From Acidimicrobiia bacterium (GTDB taxonomy: Bacteria; Actinomycetota; Acidimicrobiia; Acidimicrobiales; Poriferisodalaceae), in contig JAJEIW010000002.1 in the NCBI GenBank assembly GCA_022828045.1, positions 1 to 52,382 of the forward strand: a stretch of DNA of 52,382 nucleotides, given 5' to 3'. This document shows, piece by piece, positions 48,520 to 52,382 of this stretch; the stretch's first letter is position 1; each line of letters begins with the position of its first letter. Below the pieces are notes generated by a model. The model ran no database searches. It had not been told where the DNA came from and worked only from the letters and a program-made list of their open reading frames with translations. Made by a program: the position numbers and the translations under genes.

Positions 48520-48855
48520 ATGAACGAGGCCCGCTTTGCCGACCTGGTGGAACAGGCGCTCGAAGACATTCCCGACGTGCTGCGCTCGCTGATGGACAAC
48601 GTGGCCATCTTCGTGGAGGACCGCGGGGAGGATCCGGATTTGCTCGGCGTCTATGAGGGCATCCCGCTGACCGAGCGCCATGACTATGGCGGCCTGGCGA
48701 TGCCCGACAGCATCGTCATCTACCGGCTGCCGATCCTGGAGATGTGCGAGACGCCCGACGACGTCGTCGAGGAAGTGCTGGTGACGGTGGTGCACGAGAT
48801 CGCACACCATTTCGGCATCGACGACGACCGGCTGCACGAGCTCGGGTGGGACTGA
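48520..48855 (+). CDS. Small zincin-like metallopeptidase family protein (DUF1025-type)
   Basis: MNEARFADLVEQALEDIP...VVHEIAHHFGIDDDRLHELGWD (HExxH). The track ORF starts at 48487, but that ATG abuts its only purine-rich stretch. ATG 48520 fits family length better. Confidence 0.7.
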   Translation: MNEARFADLVEQALEDIPDVLRSLMDNVAIFVEDRGEDPDLLGVYEGIPLTERHDYGGLAMPDSIVIYRLPILEMCETPDDVVEEVLVTVVHEIAHHFGIDDDRLHELGWD

Positions 48856-48922
48856 CGCCGCCGCAGCTATGGCATCTGCGCCTGCAGCTTCGAGTCCTCG
48901 GCAGTCAGACGCGGTCGAGCTG

Positions 48923-50047
48923 TCACATTCGGCCGAGGCCGAGGTCCAGCCGGCCCCGGGCCACATTCGCGGCGAGCACCTCTGTCGGCCCTTCCGCGAG
49001 CTGGAGAGCATGCACCCGTCGCAAGATGTCGGCCAATGGATGGCCGTCCACGAGCGCGGTTCCCCCAACGAGCTGCACGGCGCCGTCACAGATCCGGCTC
49101 AACGTCTCGGTAGCCAGCGACTTGGCTGCCATCACTTCGTTGACGGCGTTCTCGCTGGCATCGAGCAGCCGTGCGGTCCGGTAGAGCGCGCTGCGAGCCG
49201 CGTAGGCGGCGATCCGCATGCCCCCCAGCGTCACCCGCTCCAGGTCAGTGCCGACCCGCGCAGATTCCTCCTGCAAGCCGTGTCGCCTCGCCCGCTCGAC
49301 CAGTGTCTGCTCGACCAGGTCGATCGCGAATCGACACAGGCCGATGCAATCGGCTGCAATTGCCATGCGCGTGGCGTTGATCTGGCGCATCGCCCGTCGC
49401 AGGCCGCCCCCGGCCTCGCCGATGACGTGCGTCGCCGGAACGCGCACATCGCTGAATATGAACGCAGCATGGTGGCTGCCGTCGAGAGTGCCGAATCGCT
49501 GCCCGAGCGTCACGCCCGCCCGGTCGGTCTCGATAAGCACCATCGCGGGGCCGATCCCATCGACCTCCACCAGCGCGTTGATGAAATCGGCGTCTGCGCC
49601 TCCCGTCACGTACGACTTCGCTCCGTTGACCACCAAGTCGTCGCCGTCCCGCCGTGCCCAGGTGTGGCGCGCGGCTTCCGCAGGTTCGGTGAACCCGAAT
49701 CCGCTGCGCATGTCCCCAGCGAGGTACGGCAGCAGGAACTGGCTGCGCAACGGCTCGCCGCCCTCGGCGAGCACTCCCGGCGACGGCCCGAAGACACCCG
49801 GCAGGTGACCCACATTGCGGCTGGCGAGCGTGTCGCGCACGATGGCCAGTGCCAGTGCGCCCGCCCCGGTGCCGCCAAACGCGACCGGTTGGGTCATGCC
49901 GAACACCCCGGCCGCCTTGGATGACTCCCGCACCGCCGCCCCGATATCGCCCTCGGCGACCCGGCCCGCCAGCGCCGCAAGCTCGTCAGCCAGCCGCTCG
50001 GCGGTACGCAGCACCTCAGTGTGTTCGGTGTCCAAGAAATCTGGCAT
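48923..50047 (-). CDS. Acyl-CoA dehydrogenase family protein
   Basis: 374 aa with overall ACAD layout (GFGFTEP, VNGAKSYVTGG, and a C-terminal helical domain ending ...LAEGPTEVL). Confidence 0.85.
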   Translation of the reverse strand: MPDFLDTEHTEVLRTAERLADELAALAGRVAEGDIGAAVRESSKAAGVFGMTQPVAFGGTGAGALALAIVRDTLASRNVGHLPGVFGPSPGVLAEGGEPLRSQFLLPYLAGDMRSGFGFTEPAEAARHTWARRDGDDLVVNGAKSYVTGGADADFINALVEVDGIGPAMVLIETDRAGVTLGQRFGTLDGSHHAAFIFSDVRVPATHVIGEAGGGLRRAMRQINATRMAIAADCIGLCRFAIDLVEQTLVERARRHGLQEESARVGTDLERVTLGGMRIAAYAARSALYRTARLLDASENAVNEVMAAKSLATETLSRICDGAVQLVGGTALVDGHPLADILRRVHALQLAEGPTEVLAANVARGRLDLGLGRM

Positions 50048-50059
50048 CGATCGCGCTTT

Positions 50060-50402
50060 CTAGCCCGTATGGCTGCGGACCCAGTCGGTGATGAGGTCGG
50101 CGGCTTCGGCTCGCGCACCGGCCGGTTCTGTCAGGTAGTGGTCGCCGGAGATGGAATGCACCGGGACGGCCGCGCAGCGCGTTGACGATCTTGGCGGTAC
50201 CGGAGGAGAAGATGCCTGTGTCGGCATCGTCGGCAGATCGATGTCGGCAAGCGCCAGATCGGCCAGAAAGTAGGGCGATGAAGCAGAGCGAATGGCACCA
50301 GCCGTGGTCCACTTCCATCAGCGGGAACCCCATCAGGTCCTCATAGAAGCGGTGGGTCGCCTCGGGATCGCGTGTTGCATAGGCGACATGGTGAAGTCCC
50401 AT
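50060..50402 (-). pseudogene. Decayed remnant: about 30 aa of a VOC/glyoxalase N-terminus joined to a frameshifted C-terminal fragment of an alpha/beta-hydrolase
   Basis: ATG 50402 gives MGLHHVAYATRDPEATHRFYEDLMGFPLMEV (VOC-like), which then degenerates. Two other reading segments give LADIDLPT, then DDADTGIFSSGTAKIVNALRG, then VPVHSISGDHYLTEPAGARAEAADLITDWVRSHTG* (hydrolase C-terminus with catalytic-His region). At least two frame changes are needed to join them. Confidence 0.45.
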
Positions 50403-50461
50403 GGCTCCCCTGCTGCGGTGTTCACAGCAAAGGTTCTCACATTCAGCTACACCGCTTCGCC

Positions 50462-50965
50462 TCACGAACCGGGCCCGGGATGCTCGTGGAGCGGGAACTT
50501 CGCAACATCCAAGTACTCGCCCCACGGCGCTGACTCGACCAGGCTGATCTCGTCGACCTCGAACGTCTCACCCAGGCGTGGCCAGTCGAGCGTCGGCTGC
50601 CGCTTGCGGAATCTGGCAACGGTGAGGTGTCCCACGAAAGGGTGATCCGGCGGCTGGTCGCCGATGTAGCGAGCGCAGTCGATGACGGACGCGGCGAGAT
50701 CGTCGACGCCCACAGCCGGAAGCATGAGCACGCCCCGACCCAGTCGTTCGGGCGCCGGTCCGAGCGTGACCCGCGCCGCGGGGAATGAGGCCGCCTCCAA
50801 CGTGCTCAGGGCCTCGTCTTGGTCGCATTCGCCGAGGAATCTCAGCGTGATGTGCAGCCGGTGGGGCTTGGTCCAGCTGACGCCTGGCCCCGACGGTCGT
50901 GGCAGCGCCGCTAACTCGTCGATCACGGAGGGGGGCGGCCACACGGCGACGAACATGCGCGGCAC
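50462..50965 (-). CDS. thpR: RNA 2',3'-cyclic phosphodiesterase / 2'-5' RNA ligase (2H phosphoesterase)
   Basis: Two H-x-T/S-x motifs (HITLRF and HLTVARF) at typical spacing; N-terminus MFVAVWPP. Confidence 0.8.
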   Translation of the reverse strand: MPRMFVAVWPPPSVIDELAALPRPSGPGVSWTKPHRLHITLRFLGECDQDEALSTLEAASFPAARVTLGPAPERLGRGVLMLPAVGVDDLAASVIDCARYIGDQPPDHPFVGHLTVARFRKRQPTLDWPRLGETFEVDEISLVESAPWGEYLDVAKFPLHEHPGPGS

Positions 50966-50998
50966 GGCGCGAACCTATCGGTGTGTTCCTGCCATGCA

Positions 50999-51092
50999 GG
51001 AGACACTCAGCCCCCGGCTCGATGCCGCCTCTGAGCCTGCGTGCCGGAGACACTCGGCTCAGGGATTGGTGTTGCTTCTGAGCCGGTGCAGA
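50999..51092. repeat. Tandem imperfect 47-nt direct repeat in the thpR / tlpA-like divergent promoter region
   Basis: Unit 1 spans 50999-51045 and unit 2 spans 51046-51092. Both begin GGAGACACTC and both carry CTGAGCC at offset 32. My hand alignment gives 31/47 identical positions. Confidence 0.5.
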
Positions 51093-51115
51093 GGAGGGTT
51101 ACGCTCACCAGCGTG

Positions 51116-52180
51116 ATGCTGGTACTGCGCCGAACGGCCTTGGTGGCTGTCTCGTGTGTCGTGGGAACTGGCCTGCTGGCCGGTTGCAGCAGCGCCAGTG
51201 ACGAGACACCCCAGACGGTGGCCGCCAGCACGGCCGCACCAGCGGTCGCGACGACCGAGCCGCCAGCGAGCCCGACCACGGCGCCCGTGTCTGCTGAGTC
51301 AGCAGATTCCGAAGGCGCTGCAGAGGACGCCGGAACCGCCGAGGAGGCTGTCGGCGACGGCGCGGATCAGGCCGCTGCCTCTCAGCCCGACGACGCAAGC
51401 GACGACCAGGCCCAGACTGACGGCGACGAAAGCGACGCTGCGGATCCGGCGGAACCGGCCGACAGCGAATCCAGCGAGACCGCAGAACAGCCGGCCGACG
51501 ACGAAGGTGAGGACGAGACCGACGAGAGTGCCGATGTCGACGAGGGGGTGATTGAGGGCGTCACTGATGATCCAGCCGACGAGGCTGACGATGAGTCCGA
51601 CGAGGGTGAGGATGAGACCGACGGCAGCGAGGTGTCTGAAGAGGAGGCCGACGCCGAGGATGCCGAGGCAGACGATTCTGCGAGCACCGAGGACGAGGGC
51701 GATGCCGAGGAGGCCGAGCAAGATCCAGAGGGGGATGACGCCGAGGAGGCCGTCACCGATCCCGAGCCCATCGAGGATCGGCCCAAGGTGCTGGCGCTGG
51801 CCGTCGCACAAGTCGACGGCACGACGCTCGATGTCGCTGCGTTTGCAGGCCGCGACGTGCTGGTGTGGTTCTGGGCGCCGTGGTGACCCAACTGCCGGCG
51901 GGAGGCGCCTGCGGTCGCAGCGCTGAAGACACGACATGGCGATGACTTGGCCCTTGTCAGCGTCGGGGGGCATGACAGCACATCGGCCATTTCCCGCTTC
52001 GTGCGCTCCTATGGACTCGGCCACATGCCGAACTTGCCCGATCCGGACAACGAGCTCGCCATTGCACTCGGCGTCAGCTATCACCCCCGCTGGCTGCTGA
52101 TCCGTGCCGACGGCACTGAGCAGGCAGGCGGCGGCGCGATCCCCGACGCCGTCGTGACCGACGCGCTCACCCCCGGCTGA
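51116..52180 (+). CDS. TlpA/ResA-like thiol-disulfide oxidoreductase lipoprotein with in-frame TGA (51884-51886) at the first Cys of CxxC: candidate selenoprotein or recent pseudogene
   Basis: Track ORFs 51041..51886 and 51947..52180 are in the same frame. Lipobox LLAGC. An acidic linker of about 165 aa. Then VLVWFWAPW-TGA-PNCRREAP, and a well-preserved redoxin C-terminus (...LGVSYHPRWLLIRADG...). Confidence 0.6.
51891..51915 (+). promoter_or_regulatory. SECIS-like stem-loop beginning 4 nt after the in-frame TGA
   Basis: Lower stem 51891-51895 pairs with 51911-51915 (A-U, C-G, U-G, G-C, C-G). A 1x1 mismatch follows (51896/51910). Upper stem GGCG (51897-51900) pairs with CGCC (51906-51909). 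The apical loop is GGAGG (51901-51905). The upper stem starts 10 nt after the UGA. Confidence 0.35.
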
Positions 52181-52382
52181 TCGCTCTCGGCTTCAGCGCC
52201 CCGTCGATCGGATGCGCAGCTCCCGGATGGGATCGGGCAAAGGGCTAGGAGACTGCTGAATTATTGGTGTGCGGGGGTGGTTTTGCGGCGAGTTCGACGT
52301 TGATGGTTCGTTGCCTGTGCGCGTTTTGTTGTTTTGTGGGCGGTGTCGGGCGGGCGCAGTGGGTGTCAGGCGGGGGCGAGGC

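Overview
This is a high-GC chromosomal segment; spot counts of 60-nt lines give roughly 65-70% GC. It is densely coded and looks actinobacterial. From memory, the gene order resembles the Mycobacterium tuberculosis Rv3240c-Rv3285 neighbourhood (secA1, hpf-like, comF-like, sahH, SIS isomerase, pmmA, fbiA/fbiB, manB, LCP/cpsA, birA, accA3). I found no tRNA, rRNA, CRISPR array, transposase or integrase, so most of the window is core genome. Housekeeping genes: accA, birA, pepA, a sirtuin, a MoeZ-like E1, an lpdA-like flavoprotein, ftsH, ahcY, hpf, secA, prfB and ftsEX. The middle (about 10-36 kb) is a cell-envelope glycan neighbourhood. It holds an LCP ligase, ugd, manC, gmd, pmm and a PGI/PMI-type SIS protein. 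It also holds two roughly 1100-aa fusion proteins with mirror-image order of GT2 and polytopic-membrane parts. Alongside are a 1100-aa secreted protein (three CWB2 repeats, a SpoIID domain, six propeller-like repeats), a DUF5719-like protein and a membrane-anchored thioredoxin-like protein. Most interesting observations, in order. (1) A TlpA/ResA-like lipoprotein has TGA in place of the first Cys of its WAPW-C-PNC motif. A SECIS-like hairpin follows immediately, so this is either a selenoprotein candidate or a very recent pseudogene. (2) An orphan KamA-family radical SAM gene has an intragenic GC drop to about 50% and sits inside otherwise conserved synteny. (3) The fused glycosyltransferase, CWB2 and LCP genes can be read as one glycopolymer assembly and anchoring system. 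(4) A roughly 90-nt intergenic repeat is present in two copies. (5) A tandem 47-nt repeat, an AT-rich palindromic promoter island and a decayed gene remnant are also present. All functional calls come from motif recognition by eye; no searches were run.
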